64,000 nucleotides of DNA from an uncultured Candidatus Rokubacteria bacterium (GCA_963758635.1 CAVWWD010000005.1:192001-256000); one strand, 5' to 3'. Positions 11,090 to 21,592 are shown, numbered from the stretch's first letter. Made by a program: numbers and translations. The notes: generated by a model not told the origin, from the sequence alone.

Positions 11090-12072
11090 CCAGAGAGCGC
11101 GTGCTGTCGGGGATGCGGCCGACGGGCAAGCTGCACCTGGGGAACCACCTGGGCGCGCTGGAGAACTGGGTGAAGCTCCAGACGGACTACGAGTGCTTCT
11201 ACTTCGTGGCCGACTGGCACGCGCTCACCACGGACCCGGGCAACAGCGTGCAGGCCCCCGAGGCCACGATCGAGATGGCCGCGGACTGGCTCGGCGCCGG
11301 CCTGGACCCGGAGCGCTCCACGCTGTTCATCCAGTCGCTGGTGCCGGAGCACGCCGAGCTCCACCTCCTGTTCTCGATGGCCACGCCGGTGAGCTGGCTC
11401 GAGCGCGTGCCGACGTACAAGGAGATGGTGGACGAGCTCGGGCTCGAGTCGCCGTCCTACGGTCTGCTCGGCTACCCGCTGCTCCAGTCCGCCGACATCC
11501 TCATGTACAAGGCGCAGTGGGTGCCGGTCGGCGTGGACCAGGTGCCGCACGTCGAGCTCACGCGCGAGGTGGCCCGTCGCTTCAACAGCACGTGGAAGCC
11601 GGTCTTCCCGGAGCCGCAGGCCAAGCTGACCCAGATCCCGAAGGTCCCGGGCACCGACGGCCGCAAGATGTCGAAGAGCTACGACAACGCCATCTACCTG
11701 TCCGATTCCGCGGAGGTCATCACCGCGAAGGTGCGGCCGATGATCACCGACCCCGCCCGCAAGCGGCGGAGCGATCCCGGCAACCCCGACGTGTGCCCGG
11801 TGTTCGACCTCCATCGCATCTTCACGCCGGCGGCGGCGCGGGAGAGCTGCGCGACCGGCTGTCGCACCGCGGGCATCGGCTGCCTCGACTGCAAGGGCGT
11901 GCTGCTGACCCACATGCTCCCGCCCCTCGGCGAGATCCGCGAGCGCCGCGAGCGCTTCGCCGCGCGCCCGGCCGAGCTGGTCGAGGTGCTCCACGAGGGA
12001 TCGCGGCGGGCGCGCGAGACGGCCCGCCGCACGATGCAGGAGGTCCGCGACGCGGTGAGGCTGACGCCGTGA
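11086..12072 (+). CDS. trpS: Tryptophan--tRNA ligase
   Basis: SGMRPTGKLHLGN, VPVGVDQ.PH, KMSKS. Confidence 0.95.
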   Translation: MTRERVLSGMRPTGKLHLGNHLGALENWVKLQTDYECFYFVADWHALTTDPGNSVQAPEATIEMAADWLGAGLDPERSTLFIQSLVPEHAELHLLFSMATPVSWLERVPTYKEMVDELGLESPSYGLLGYPLLQSADILMYKAQWVPVGVDQVPHVELTREVARRFNSTWKPVFPEPQAKLTQIPKVPGTDGRKMSKSYDNAIYLSDSAEVITAKVRPMITDPARKRRSDPGNPDVCPVFDLHRIFTPAAARESCATGCRTAGIGCLDCKGVLLTHMLPPLGEIRERRERFAARPAELVEVLHEGSRRARETARRTMQEVRDAVRLTP

Positions 12073-12105
12073 TCGTGGCGAGGGTGACGTGGTGAGGCGG
12101 CCGTC

Positions 12106-12912
12106 GTGACGAGCGCCAGCGGCGGGGTCGTGGGGGACGTCGCCCCGCCGGGCCTCACCGTCCGCGTCGAGTCCTTCGTCGGTCCCCTCGACCTGCTCCT
12201 GCACCTCTGCCGCACCAACGAGCTGGACCTGGCGCGCCTGCCCATCCGCACCGTGACCGACCAGTACCTCTCGCACCTCGAGGCCGTGCAGTTCCAGGAC
12301 CTCGAGACGGCCGGGTCGTTCATGGTGATGGCGGCGACGCTCATCTACCTCAAGTCCAAGCTCCTGCTTCCGCCCGACGGCACGGAGACCGACGACCTCG
12401 ACGAGGAGGGCGAGCAGCTCCGCCAGGAGCTCGCCGACCGCCTCCAGGAGTACGCGCGCGTCAAGGCCCTCGGCGCGTGGCTCGGGGTGCGCGAGGCCGA
12501 GCAGGCGCTGATCTTCGGGCGCACCACGAGCGAGCTGCCGCCGCCGGAGGACGTGCCGCTCGAGGACCTGTCCGTCCACCTTCTCCAGCGCGCGATGAAC
12601 CGGCTGATCGACGACCAGCGCCGGCAGGCGCCGCGGGAAGTCGAGCCGAACCCGATCTCGGTTGTCGAGCGCATGGGGGAGATCCTCGACCTGCTGCGCA
12701 GCACGTGGTCGCTCCTGTTCGCCTCCGTCGCGGGCGCGGAGCGGGTGCGCGGGGAGTGGATCGTGACCCTGCTCGCGCTCCTCGAGCTGGTGCGCCTCGG
12801 GCAGGCGCGCGCGCGGCAGGCCGAGCTGTTCGGCGACATCGTCATCGAGCGCGGGGCCGACGAGCTGATCGGCCGCGCAGAGCTCAGGGAGCGAGGGGAC
12901 CTCGGCGCATGA
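12106..12912 (+). CDS. scpA: Segregation and condensation protein A
   Basis: F.GPLDLLL.L, MAATLIYLKSKLLLP, LALLELVR. Confidence 0.9.
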   Translation: MTSASGGVVGDVAPPGLTVRVESFVGPLDLLLHLCRTNELDLARLPIRTVTDQYLSHLEAVQFQDLETAGSFMVMAATLIYLKSKLLLPPDGTETDDLDEEGEQLRQELADRLQEYARVKALGAWLGVREAEQALIFGRTTSELPPPEDVPLEDLSVHLLQRAMNRLIDDQRRQAPREVEPNPISVVERMGEILDLLRSTWSLLFASVAGAERVRGEWIVTLLALLELVRLGQARARQAELFGDIVIERGADELIGRAELRERGDLGA

Positions 12913-13688
12913 GCGTGACGTTTCCGTCGTCCGGTCCGTCGGTGAACGTCGTGGAGGCGCTCCTCTTCGCCTCCGAGGCGCCCGTGGAAGCCGAGCGCCT
13001 CCAGGAGGTCCTGGGGCTCGGCACGCCCACCGAGGCGCGTGAGCTCGTGGAGGCGCTGCGGCGGGAGCTCGAGGGCGCGGGCCGCGCGCTCCAGGTGGTG
13101 GAGGTGGGCGGCGGCTTCCGGCTCGTGACCCGCCCCGAGGTCGCGCCCTGGCTGGTCAAGCTCGCGCGGAGCCGCACGCGATCGCGCCTGTCGCGCCCGG
13201 CGCTGGAGACGCTCGCCATCATCGCGTACCGCCAGCCCGTGTCGCGGCCCGAGGTGGACGCCGTGCGCGGCGTGAACTCCGAGGGCGTCCTCGACAACCT
13301 CCTCGAGCGGCGCATGATCCGTATCAGCGGGCGCAAGGACTCGCCGGGCCGGCCGTTCCTCTACGAGACCACGCGCGAGTTCCTCGTGGCCTTCGGCCTG
13401 CGCGACATCTCCGAGCTGCCACAGGTGGACGGGGAGCTGGTCATCCCCGAGACCGCCGCGGCCGCCGCCCAGGGCGAGCTCGAGGCCGAGCCGGGCGCGG
13501 ACACGCCGGCGGGCGACGGCGCCGCGGGGGACGCGGCCGAGGACGCCCGCGCCGCCGCGCCGGAGGCTTCGCGGAGCGGGGGCGACAACGCCAGTGAAGG
13601 TCAGACGCAGCACGGCGACAATCCCCGTGAAGGTCAGACTCAGCAAGATCCTGGCTCAGGCGGGCCTGACGTCGCGGCGCGGGGCTGA
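12909..13688 (+). CDS. scpB: SMC-Scp complex subunit ScpB
   Basis: EALLFAS, LSRPALETLAIIAYRQPV, RGVNS, PGRP..Y.TT. Confidence 0.92.
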   Translation: MSVTFPSSGPSVNVVEALLFASEAPVEAERLQEVLGLGTPTEARELVEALRRELEGAGRALQVVEVGGGFRLVTRPEVAPWLVKLARSRTRSRLSRPALETLAIIAYRQPVSRPEVDAVRGVNSEGVLDNLLERRMIRISGRKDSPGRPFLYETTREFLVAFGLRDISELPQVDGELVIPETAAAAAQGELEAEPGADTPAGDGAAGDAAEDARAAAPEASRSGGDNASEGQTQHGDNPREGQTQQDPGSGGPDVAARG

Positions 13689-14385
13689 GGACTTCCTCCG
13701 CGAGGGCCGGGTCACCGTCAACGGCGTGGTGCGCGTGGAGCCGGGGGCGCAGGCCGACCCCGCCTCCGACGCGATCACGGTGGACGGACGCCCGCTGGCC
13801 GCGCGCGAGCCGCTCGCCTACGTGCTCCTCCACAAGCCACGCGGCTACGTCACGAGCCTCCGCGACCCCGAGGGGCGCCCGCTGGTCGTCGACCTCCTGC
13901 CCGGCGGCCTGCCGCGGGTGTTCCCGGTCGGACGGCTCGACTACGAGACCGAGGGCCTGCTGATCCTGACCAACGACGGCGACCTCGGCAACCGCCTCCT
14001 GCATCCACGCTACGAGATCGAGCGCGAGTACGAGGCGGAGGTGGAAGGTCGCGTCGCCGCCGCCGACCTGCCGCGCTGGCGGCGCGGCGTGACGCTCGCC
14101 GACGGACCCGCCGTGCCCGTGGACGTGCGCGTGCTCCGCCCGGGCGAGCGCACGACGTGGCTGACCGTGGTGCTGACGGAGGGACGCAACCGCGAGGTCC
14201 GCCGCTACTGCCAGGCCATGGGGCATCGGGTGGTACGGCTCAAGCGGGTGAGGTTCGGGCCGATCCCGCTGGGCCGGTTGCGCGCCGGGGCGAGCCGGCC
14301 GCTGACCGGGGCGGAAGTGGCGCGCTTGAAGCGCTTGCACGGGGGGGACCGGGCTCCTATAATGCGCCAGTTACCGAACCGGTAG
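13627..14385 (+). CDS. rluB: Ribosomal large subunit pseudouridine synthase (RluB/RsuA family)
   Basis: S4 domain RLSKILAQAG..SRR, PVGRLDYETEGL, EGRNREVRR; alternative start at 13594. Confidence 0.8.
   Translation: MKVRLSKILAQAGLTSRRGAEDFLREGRVTVNGVVRVEPGAQADPASDAITVDGRPLAAREPLAYVLLHKPRGYVTSLRDPEGRPLVVDLLPGGLPRVFPVGRLDYETEGLLILTNDGDLGNRLLHPRYEIEREYEAEVEGRVAAADLPRWRRGVTLADGPAVPVDVRVLRPGERTTWLTVVLTEGRNREVRRYCQAMGHRVVRLKRVRFGPIPLGRLRAGASRPLTGAEVARLKRLHGGDRAPIMRQLPNR
14335..14363 (+). promoter_or_regulatory. Sigma70 promoter for the pheA operon, inside the rluB 3' end
   Basis: TTGCAC-17 bp-TATAAT; AGGAG SD before pheA ATG. Confidence 0.7.
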
Positions 14386-14397
14386 GCAGGAGTCCCT

Positions 14398-15460
14398 ATG
14401 AACCTGGACGATTGGCGTTCCAGGATCAACGACCTCGACGAACAGATCCTCAACCTCCTCAATCAGCGCGCGCAGGCCGCCCTCCACATCGGCGAGCTCA
14501 AGAGGCAGCAGGACCTTCCTTACTTCGTCCCCGAGCGCGAGGCGCAGGTCTTCGCCCGCCTGGTCGCGCTCAACGCGGGGCCGCTGCCCGCCGAGGGCAT
14601 CCGCGCCATCTGGCGGGAGATCCTGTCCGCCGCGCTCGCCCTCGAGCACCCGCTGACCGTCGCGTTCCTCGGCCCGCCGGGCAGCTTCGGAAACCAGGCG
14701 GCCATGCAGCGCTTCGGCTCCTCGGCGCGCCTCGTCCCGGTCGTCACCAACGCCGCCATCTTCGACGAGGTCGAGCGCGGCCGCGCGGAGTTCGGCGTGG
14801 TCCCCGTGGAGAACTCCACCGAGGGCGCCGTCAACGTGACCCTCGACCGCCTGCTCGACTCGGACGTCCTGATCACCGGCGAGCTCACGCTCGACATCGC
14901 GCAGCACCTCATCTCGCGGGCCACGAGCCTCGACGAGATCAAGCTCGTGTGCTCGCATCCCCAGGGGCTGGCCCAGTGCCGCGAGTGGCTGGCCGCGCAC
15001 CTGCCGGACGTGCGCACCGAGGAGATGGCCTCGACGTCGGGCGCGGCCGAGCGGGCGGCCGCCGACGCCACCGTGGCGGGGATCGCCTCCGAGATGGCGG
15101 CGCGCATCCACGGCGCGCCCATCCTCCGTCACCGGATCGAGGACAACCCCTCCAACTCCACTCGTTTTCTCGTGATCGGCCGCCGGGCCATGTCGGCCAC
15201 CGGCCGGGACAAGACGTTCGATCGTGTTCTCGATGAAGAACGAGCCCGGCGTGCTCTACAGCATCCTCGCCCCCATCGCGGCGCGCCGGCTCAACCTCAC
15301 CAAGATCGAGTCGCGGCCGACGAAGCGCCGGCCCTGGGAGTACGTGAACTTCGTCGACTTCGAGGGTCATCGCGACACCGATGACGTGCGGGCCGTGCTC
15401 GAGGAGGTTCGGGAGCGCTGTCAGTTCCTGAAGATCCTCGGATCGTATCCGGCCGCCTGA
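14398..15460 (+). CDS. pheA: Chorismate mutase/prephenate dehydratase, +1 frameshift at ~15217
   Basis: CM domain, VPVENSTEG, SHPQ.LAQC, N.TRF; ACT domain DKTSIVFSMKNEPG..LTKIESRP after correction. Confidence 0.9.
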
Positions 15461-15471
15461 AGGAGCCTTCC

Positions 15472-16602
15472 ATGTCCGCGCCCTGGGAATCCCTCGCCAA
15501 CGACCACATTCTGGGGATTGCCCCCTACGAGCCGGGGAAGCCCATCGAGGAGCTGGAGCGGGAGCTGGGGATCGCCGACGCGATCAAGCTGGCCTCGAAC
15601 GAGAACCCGATGCCGCCGTCCGAGCGCGTGCAGAAGGCCATCATCGACGCGCTCCCGCACCTGAACCGCTACCCGGACGGCAGCGGCTACTACCTGCGCG
15701 ACGCCCTCGCGCGCCGGCACGGCGTCACCGCGGACCACGTCCTGCTCGGCAACGGGTCGAACGAGCTGATCGAGCTGCTCGTGCGCGCGTTCGTCAAGCC
15801 GGGCGACGAGGCGGTGGTGCCACACCCGTCGTTCGTGGTCTATCCCATGATCGTGCAGGCGGTGGGCGGCATCCGCGTGGTGGTGACGCTCAAGGACCAG
15901 CGGATCGACCTCGAGGGGATGGCGCGCGCGCTCACCCCGGACACCAAGATGGTGTTCATCGCCAACCCTAACAATCCCACCGCCACCATCGTCACCGCCG
16001 ACGAGGTCGAGCACTTCATGGCCCGCGTGCCCGACCGCGCCATCGTGGTGTTCGACGAGGCGTACTACGAGTTCGCGCAGGGGCCGGACTTCCCCGACAC
16101 GCTCCAGTACATGCGGCAGGGGCGGAAGGTCGTGGTGCTGCGCACCTTCTCGAAGGCGGCGAGCCTGGCCGGGCTGCGCGTCGGCTACGCCGTGGCCGAT
16201 CCGGACGCGGTGGCGCTGCTGAACCGGATCCGCGCCCCCTTCAACGTGAACTCGCTCGCCCAGGTCGCCGCGCTCGCCGCCCTCGAGGACGACGCGCACA
16301 CGCTGGAGTGCCTGCGCATCATCGAGGCCGGACGCCACTACCTCTACGACGAGCTCGCCTCGCTCGGGGTGAAGTACACGCCGTCGCGCGCCAACTTCAT
16401 CCTCGTCGACGTGGGGCGCAACGCCGCCGACATCTTCCAGCGGCTCCTCAAGGCAGGGGTCATCGTCCGCCCCATGACCAGCTTCGGGATGGAGAGCGCG
16501 CTACGCATCACCGTCGGCACGCCGGAGGAGAACCGCCGCCTCGTCAAGGCGCTGCGCCGCCTGCTCGCCGAGGGCGGCGCGGGCGAGGGCCGGCACCCGT
16601 GA
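15472..16602 (+). CDS. hisC: Histidinol-phosphate aminotransferase
   Basis: PYEPGKP, KLASNEN, GNGSNE, NPNNPT, DEAY, RTFSK. Confidence 0.92.
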   Translation: MSAPWESLANDHILGIAPYEPGKPIEELERELGIADAIKLASNENPMPPSERVQKAIIDALPHLNRYPDGSGYYLRDALARRHGVTADHVLLGNGSNELIELLVRAFVKPGDEAVVPHPSFVVYPMIVQAVGGIRVVVTLKDQRIDLEGMARALTPDTKMVFIANPNNPTATIVTADEVEHFMARVPDRAIVVFDEAYYEFAQGPDFPDTLQYMRQGRKVVVLRTFSKAASLAGLRVGYAVADPDAVALLNRIRAPFNVNSLAQVAALAALEDDAHTLECLRIIEAGRHYLYDELASLGVKYTPSRANFILVDVGRNAADIFQRLLKAGVIVRPMTSFGMESALRITVGTPEENRRLVKALRRLLAEGGAGEGRHP

Positions 16603-17447
16603 TCGAACGCCTTGCCGTCGTCGGCCTGGGCCTCCTCGGCGGCTCGGTCGCGAAGGCCGCGCGGACGCGTGGGCTCGCGCGACGGATCGTGGGGGTGGCC
16701 CGCAACCCCGCCGCCCTCGAGGCGGCCCGCGACGACGGCACCGTGGACCTCCTGACCAGCGACCTCGGGCCGGGCCTCGCCGAGGCGGACCTCTGCGTGC
16801 TTGCGACGCCGGTGGCGGTGCTGGAGTCGATGCTCCCCGCGGTGTGGCAGGCCGCCGCGCCGCACGCGATGATCACCGACGTGGGCAGCACCAAGGCGCG
16901 CATCGTGGCGCGCGCCGACGCGCTGGCCGCCACCCGGCCGCTCCGGTTCGTCGGGTCGCACCCCATGGCGGGCTCCGAGCGCACCGGCTACGCGGTGGCG
17001 CGCGCGGACCTCTTCGAGGGCGCCACCGTGGTGCTCACGCCGAGCGCGCGAACCGACGCCGCCGCCCTCGCCCGGGTCGGCGAGTTCTGGCTGGCGACGG
17101 GCGCGCGGCTCGTCCGCCTCGATCCCGCGTCGCACGACCGGGCGGTGGCCGCGGTGAGCCATCTGCCCCACCTGGTGGCCGACGCCCTCGTGGACGCGGT
17201 GATCCGGATGGACCCCGCGTTCTTCGACATCGCCGGGCGCGGGCTCAAGGACACCACGCGCATCGCCGCGGCGAGCCCGCCGCTCTGGCGAGAGATCTTC
17301 CAGGACAACCGCGAGGCCCTGGGCGAGGCCCTCGGCGCGTTCCGCAAGGGGCTCGACCATCTCGAGGGGCTCCTCGCCGCGGGCGACGGCGCGGCGCTCG
17401 AGCAGGAGCTGGACCGCATCAAGCGCGCGCGGGAGCGGCTGGGTTGA
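16599..17447 (+). CDS. tyrA: Prephenate/arogenate dehydrogenase
   Basis: GLGLLGGS, TDVGSTK, HPMAGSE, SHLPH, TRIA. Confidence 0.88.
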   Translation: MIERLAVVGLGLLGGSVAKAARTRGLARRIVGVARNPAALEAARDDGTVDLLTSDLGPGLAEADLCVLATPVAVLESMLPAVWQAAAPHAMITDVGSTKARIVARADALAATRPLRFVGSHPMAGSERTGYAVARADLFEGATVVLTPSARTDAAALARVGEFWLATGARLVRLDPASHDRAVAAVSHLPHLVADALVDAVIRMDPAFFDIAGRGLKDTTRIAAASPPLWREIFQDNREALGEALGAFRKGLDHLEGLLAAGDGAALEQELDRIKRARERLG

Positions 17448-17481
17448 GGCGGCCCGGCCACCGGGGGGCGGTCATTCCGGA

Positions 17482-18168
17482 ATGAGAGCGGGCGGCCGCC
17501 GCGAGCCCGTGGTGACGATCGACGGTCCGGCCGGGGCGGGCAAGTCCAGCGCGGCGCGCGAGCTGGCCCGGCGCCTCGGCTTCAAGCTCCTCGACACCGG
17601 CGCGATGTACCGCGCGCTGGCGTGGGCGGTGCGCGAGGCCGGGCTTCCCGCCGAGGAGAGCCCGCGCCTCGCCGCGTTGCTCGATCGCACGCGGGTCGAG
17701 CTGGACGGCGAGCGCGTCCTCGTCGACGGCCGCGATGTCACCCGGCTCATCCGCGCGCCCGAGATCGGTGAGCTCACCTCGGTCCTCTCCGCCTTCCGGA
17801 TGGTGCGCGAGAAGATGACGCCGCTCCAGCGGGCGCTCGCCGCGGACGGCGGGGTGGTGCTCGAGGGGCGCGACACCGGCAGCGTGGTGTGTCCGGACGC
17901 CGAGGTGAAGTTCTACCTCGACGCCGCGCCCGAGGCGCGGGCCCGCCGGCGCCAGCAGGAGCTGGCCGCGCGCGGCATCGTGCTGGACCTGGCCACGGTG
18001 CGCGACGAGGTGGCGCGGCGCGACCACCAGGACGGCGGCCGCGCGCTCGCGCCGACCACGGTGCCCGCCGGCGCGATCATCGTCGACTCGACGGCGCTGC
18101 CGGCCGCCGAGGTGGTGGAGCGGCTCGTCGAGGCCGTGGAGCGGGTGCGGTGCTGTACGCCGTCCTGA
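17482..18168 (+). CDS. cmk: Cytidylate kinase
   Basis: IDGPAGAGKS, DTGAMYR, EGRD.GSVV.P.A. Confidence 0.92.
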   Translation: MRAGGRREPVVTIDGPAGAGKSSAARELARRLGFKLLDTGAMYRALAWAVREAGLPAEESPRLAALLDRTRVELDGERVLVDGRDVTRLIRAPEIGELTSVLSAFRMVREKMTPLQRALAADGGVVLEGRDTGSVVCPDAEVKFYLDAAPEARARRRQQELAARGIVLDLATVRDEVARRDHQDGGRALAPTTVPAGAIIVDSTALPAAEVVERLVEAVERVRCCTPS

Positions 18169-18758
18169 AGCCGCTGGTGGTGGCGCTCATGCGCCTGTAC
18201 TTCCGCATGGAGGCGCGGGGCGCGGAGCACGTCCCCTCGTCGGGCGCGGTGCTGCTCGTGTCGAACCACTCGAGCGTGCTCGATCCGCCGATCATCGGCG
18301 GCGCCTGCCCGCGGGCCCTCTGCTTCATGGCCAAGGCCGAGCTGTTCCGGATCCCGCTGCTCGGCGCGCTCATCCACAACCTGAACGCTCGTCCGGTGCG
18401 GCGAGAGGGATCGGACTCGCGGGCCCTGAAGGACGCCCTGCGCGTCCTCCAGGGGGGCGACGCGCTGCTCGTGTTCCCCGAGGGCACGCGCGGCCCGGAG
18501 GGCGAGCTCAGGGAGGCGAAGGCGGGGGCGGGAATGCTCGCGGTGGCGAGCGGCGCCGCCGTGGTGCCGGTGTACATCCGGGGCACCGGGGGCGCGCTGC
18601 CCCGCGGCCGTATGCTGCCGCGCCCGCGAAAGGTCGAGGTGCGGTTCGGGCCGCCGCTCACGTTCCACGCCGGGCCGGCCGAGGGCCGCCGGGACCGCTA
18701 CCGGGAGGCGGCGGGAGAGATGATGCAGGCCATCGCGCGGCTGCGGGACGCGGCGTGA
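18150..18758 (+). CDS. plsC: 1-acyl-sn-glycerol-3-phosphate acyltransferase
   Basis: NHSSVLD, FMAKAELF, FPEGTR. Confidence 0.85.
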   Translation: MLYAVLKPLVVALMRLYFRMEARGAEHVPSSGAVLLVSNHSSVLDPPIIGGACPRALCFMAKAELFRIPLLGALIHNLNARPVRREGSDSRALKDALRVLQGGDALLVFPEGTRGPEGELREAKAGAGMLAVASGAAVVPVYIRGTGGALPRGRMLPRPRKVEVRFGPPLTFHAGPAEGRRDRYREAAGEMMQAIARLRDAA

Positions 18759-18907
18759 CGGGCGCCACCCCGGCGCGAGAGCGGACGGCCGATCGGCTGG
18801 ATGCGGATGGTCGGTGGCGGGCCGATACGCAGGTTGTGGATGATACGCGGTTGAGCTAGTCTAGCCTGCCCGCGGAGAATACATCTCAAGGAGGAAGTGT
18901 ACGCCGT

Positions 18908-20611
18908 ATGGACAGGGATAACCGGTATCAGCAGACCCTCGCGGGCGCGCCCAAGGAGGTGAGCCAGGCCCCCGAGGAAAGCATGGAGGACTGGTTCACG
19001 AAGGGTGTGTCCGACATCGAGGAAGGCGAGGTCGTCCGCGGGCGCGTCGTCGAGGTGCGGGGGAGCGAGGTGCTCGTCGACATCGGCTACAAGAGCGAGG
19101 GCACGATCCCGATCGAGGAGTTCCGGCACACCGGGCTGCCGAAGGTCGGCGACGAGATCGAGGTGTATCTCGAGGCCAAGGAGGACAACGAGGGCCTCAT
19201 CGTCCTCTCCAAGGACAAGGCGGACAAGATCAAGGTGTGGGACGCCGTGTCGCGCTCGTTCGAGAGCGGCACGCCCGTCGAGGGTCGCGTGGTGGAGGTC
19301 GTGAAGGGCGGTCTCGCGGTGGACGTGGGCGTGCGCGCGTTCCTGCCCGGCTCGCAGGTGGACCTGCGCCCGGTCAAGAACCTGGCGTCGATGACCGGCC
19401 AGACCATCCGGGCCAAGGTCATCAAGCTCAACCGCCGCCGGGGCAACGTGGTGCTCTCCCGCCGCGCCGTGCTCGAGGAGGAGCGCGAGGAGAAGAAGAA
19501 GCACACGCTCTCCGTCCTCACCGAGGGCATGGTGCTCACGGGCGCGGTGAAGAACATCACCGACTACGGCGCCTTCATCGACCTGGGCGGCATCGACGGC
19601 CTCCTGCACGTGACCGACATGTCCTGGGGCCGCATCGGCCATCCCTCGGAGATCTTCCAGGTCGGCGACCAGGTCGAGGTGGTCGTGCTCCACTTCGACC
19701 GCGAGACCGGCCGGGTGTCCCTCGGCTACAAGCAGAAGTCCTCCGACCCGTGGGCCGAGGTGGACGATCGCTACCCGGTGGGCGCGAAGGTCAGCGGCCG
19801 CGTGGTGAGCCTCACCAACTACGGCGCCTTCGTCGAGCTCGAGCCGGGCGTCGAGGGCCTCGTCCACGTGTCCGAGATGTCGTGGACGCGCCGGGTCCGT
19901 CACCCGTCGAAGATCGTCAACGTGGGCGATCCCGTCGACGTGATGGTCCTGGACGTGAACAAGGCGACCAAGCGCATCTCGCTCGGCATGAAGCAGGTCG
20001 AGGCCGACCCGTGGACGACCATCGACGAGCGCTACCCCACGGGCACGCGCGTGCAGGGCAAGGTGCGGAACCTCACCGACTTCGGCGCCTTCGTGGAGCT
20101 CGAGCCCGGCGTGGACGGGCTGCTCCACATCTCCGACATGTCGTGGACGCGGAACATCGGGCACCCCTCGGAGCTGCTCAAGAAGGGTCAGCCCATCGAG
20201 ACCGTGGTCCTGAACGTGGACCGCGAGAACAAGCGCATCTCGCTCGGCCTCAAGCAGATCCAGCCCGATCCCTGGGAGCGCGTCGCCCAGCGCTTCCCGA
20301 TGGGCTCGCGCGTGACCGGCAAGGTCGTGCGCCTGACCGACTTCGGCGCCTTCGTGGAGCTGGAGCCCGGGGTGGACGGCCTGCTCCACATCTCCCAGAT
20401 GTCGTCCCGCCCCATCGCCACGCCCGCGGACATCGTCAACGTGGGCGACGAGCTGACGCTGCTCGTGATCCGCGTGGACCCGGCCGAGCGCCGCATCGGT
20501 CTGAGCCTCAAGGAGCTCGCCGCGGCCATCGAGGAGCCGGTGCCGGAGAGCCGCGGCCGCCAGAAGGGCCGCAAGCGGCGGGGTGACGACGACTACGACG
20601 ACGAGGAGTAA
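18908..20611 (+). CDS. rpsA: 30S ribosomal protein S1
   Basis: Six S1 domains (DIGYKSEG; repeated TDFGAFVELEPGVDGLLHIS). Confidence 0.96.
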   Translation: MDRDNRYQQTLAGAPKEVSQAPEESMEDWFTKGVSDIEEGEVVRGRVVEVRGSEVLVDIGYKSEGTIPIEEFRHTGLPKVGDEIEVYLEAKEDNEGLIVLSKDKADKIKVWDAVSRSFESGTPVEGRVVEVVKGGLAVDVGVRAFLPGSQVDLRPVKNLASMTGQTIRAKVIKLNRRRGNVVLSRRAVLEEEREEKKKHTLSVLTEGMVLTGAVKNITDYGAFIDLGGIDGLLHVTDMSWGRIGHPSEIFQVGDQVEVVVLHFDRETGRVSLGYKQKSSDPWAEVDDRYPVGAKVSGRVVSLTNYGAFVELEPGVEGLVHVSEMSWTRRVRHPSKIVNVGDPVDVMVLDVNKATKRISLGMKQVEADPWTTIDERYPTGTRVQGKVRNLTDFGAFVELEPGVDGLLHISDMSWTRNIGHPSELLKKGQPIETVVLNVDRENKRISLGLKQIQPDPWERVAQRFPMGSRVTGKVVRLTDFGAFVELEPGVDGLLHISQMSSRPIATPADIVNVGDELTLLVIRVDPAERRIGLSLKELAAAIEEPVPESRGRQKGRKRRGDDDYDDEE

Positions 20612-20629
20612 GGGCACGGGGGGGCGCCG

Positions 20630-21523
20630 CTGAGAGCGGGGCGCGGCCGCACCGTCCTCCTGGCCCTCGGGCTCATCGGGGGCCTGGTCGTCCTCTTCCT
20701 GGTCACCCTGTGGATCCTCGTGGCCGTCCTGGAGGACGGCAGCCTGCCCGGCGGCCCACGCATCGCCCTGGTGCCCCTCGAAGGCATCATCGTGGATGCC
20801 GACGACCTCGTCCGCGAGCTCCGCGCCCACCAGGAGAACCCCGCCGTCCGCGCCGTCGTCCTCAGGATCAACAGCCCCGGCGGGGTGGTGGCCCCAACCC
20901 AGGAGATCTTCGCCGCGGTCCAGCGCCTGCGCGCCGCGGGCAAGCCCGTCATGTCTTCGCTCGGCTCCGTCGCGGCCTCCGGCGGCTACTACGTGGCCAC
21001 GGCCACGGAGCGGATCTACGCGAACCCCGGCACGCTGACCGGCTCGATCGGCGTGGTCATGCAGATGGCCAACGTCGAGGGGCTCCTCAAGAAGGTGGGC
21101 GTCGACTACGTGGTGGTGAAGGCGGGACGCTTCAAGGACGTCGGCAACATGTCGCGCGCGATGACTCCGGAGGAACGCCAGATCCTCCAGACGCTCCTGG
21201 ACGACGTGTACGAGCAGTTCGTGGGCGCCGTCGCCTCCGGGCGCAAGCTCGACCGGGATGCCGTGCGGCGCTTCGCCGACGGGCGCATCTACTCCGGCCA
21301 GCAGGCCCTGGGCCTCAAGATGGTCGACCAGCTCGGCGGCCTCGAGGACGCCATCCTCGCCGCGGGCAAGGCCGCCGGCATCGAGGGGCGGCCCAAGGTC
21401 CTCCTGCCGCGGCGCCGCATCTCGCTCATCGACCTCGTCCGGAACGAGCTCGGTCTGGGGAAGATGACGCCGCTGCTTCCCGCGCTTCCGACGCTCCGGA
21501 CGCCGCTCTACCTGATGGACTGA
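20630..21523 (+). CDS. sppA: Signal peptide peptidase SppA (36K type); start uncertain
   Basis: LRINSPGG, AASGGYY, TGSIGV, ADGRIYSG; in-frame hydrophobic anchor upstream of the GTG at 20720. Confidence 0.85.
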   Translation: MRAGRGRTVLLALGLIGGLVVLFLVTLWILVAVLEDGSLPGGPRIALVPLEGIIVDADDLVRELRAHQENPAVRAVVLRINSPGGVVAPTQEIFAAVQRLRAAGKPVMSSLGSVAASGGYYVATATERIYANPGTLTGSIGVVMQMANVEGLLKKVGVDYVVVKAGRFKDVGNMSRAMTPEERQILQTLLDDVYEQFVGAVASGRKLDRDAVRRFADGRIYSGQQALGLKMVDQLGGLEDAILAAGKAAGIEGRPKVLLPRRRISLIDLVRNELGLGKMTPLLPALPTLRTPLYLMD

Positions 21524-21562
21524 GGGAGGGGGGGCCGGATGCCTCCTAACCCCTCAACCTTC

Positions 21563-21592
21563 TTGACAATCTCGTCGACCCCATGCTAGCGT
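21563..21592 (+). promoter_or_regulatory. Putative sigma70 promoter of ihfB
   Basis: TTGACA-18 bp-TAGCGT with TG extension. Confidence 0.45.

Noticed and set aside
17447..17482. Missing aroA between tyrA and cmk as a lesion
   Set aside because: No remnant is visible; the gene may simply lie elsewhere, which cannot be judged from this window.
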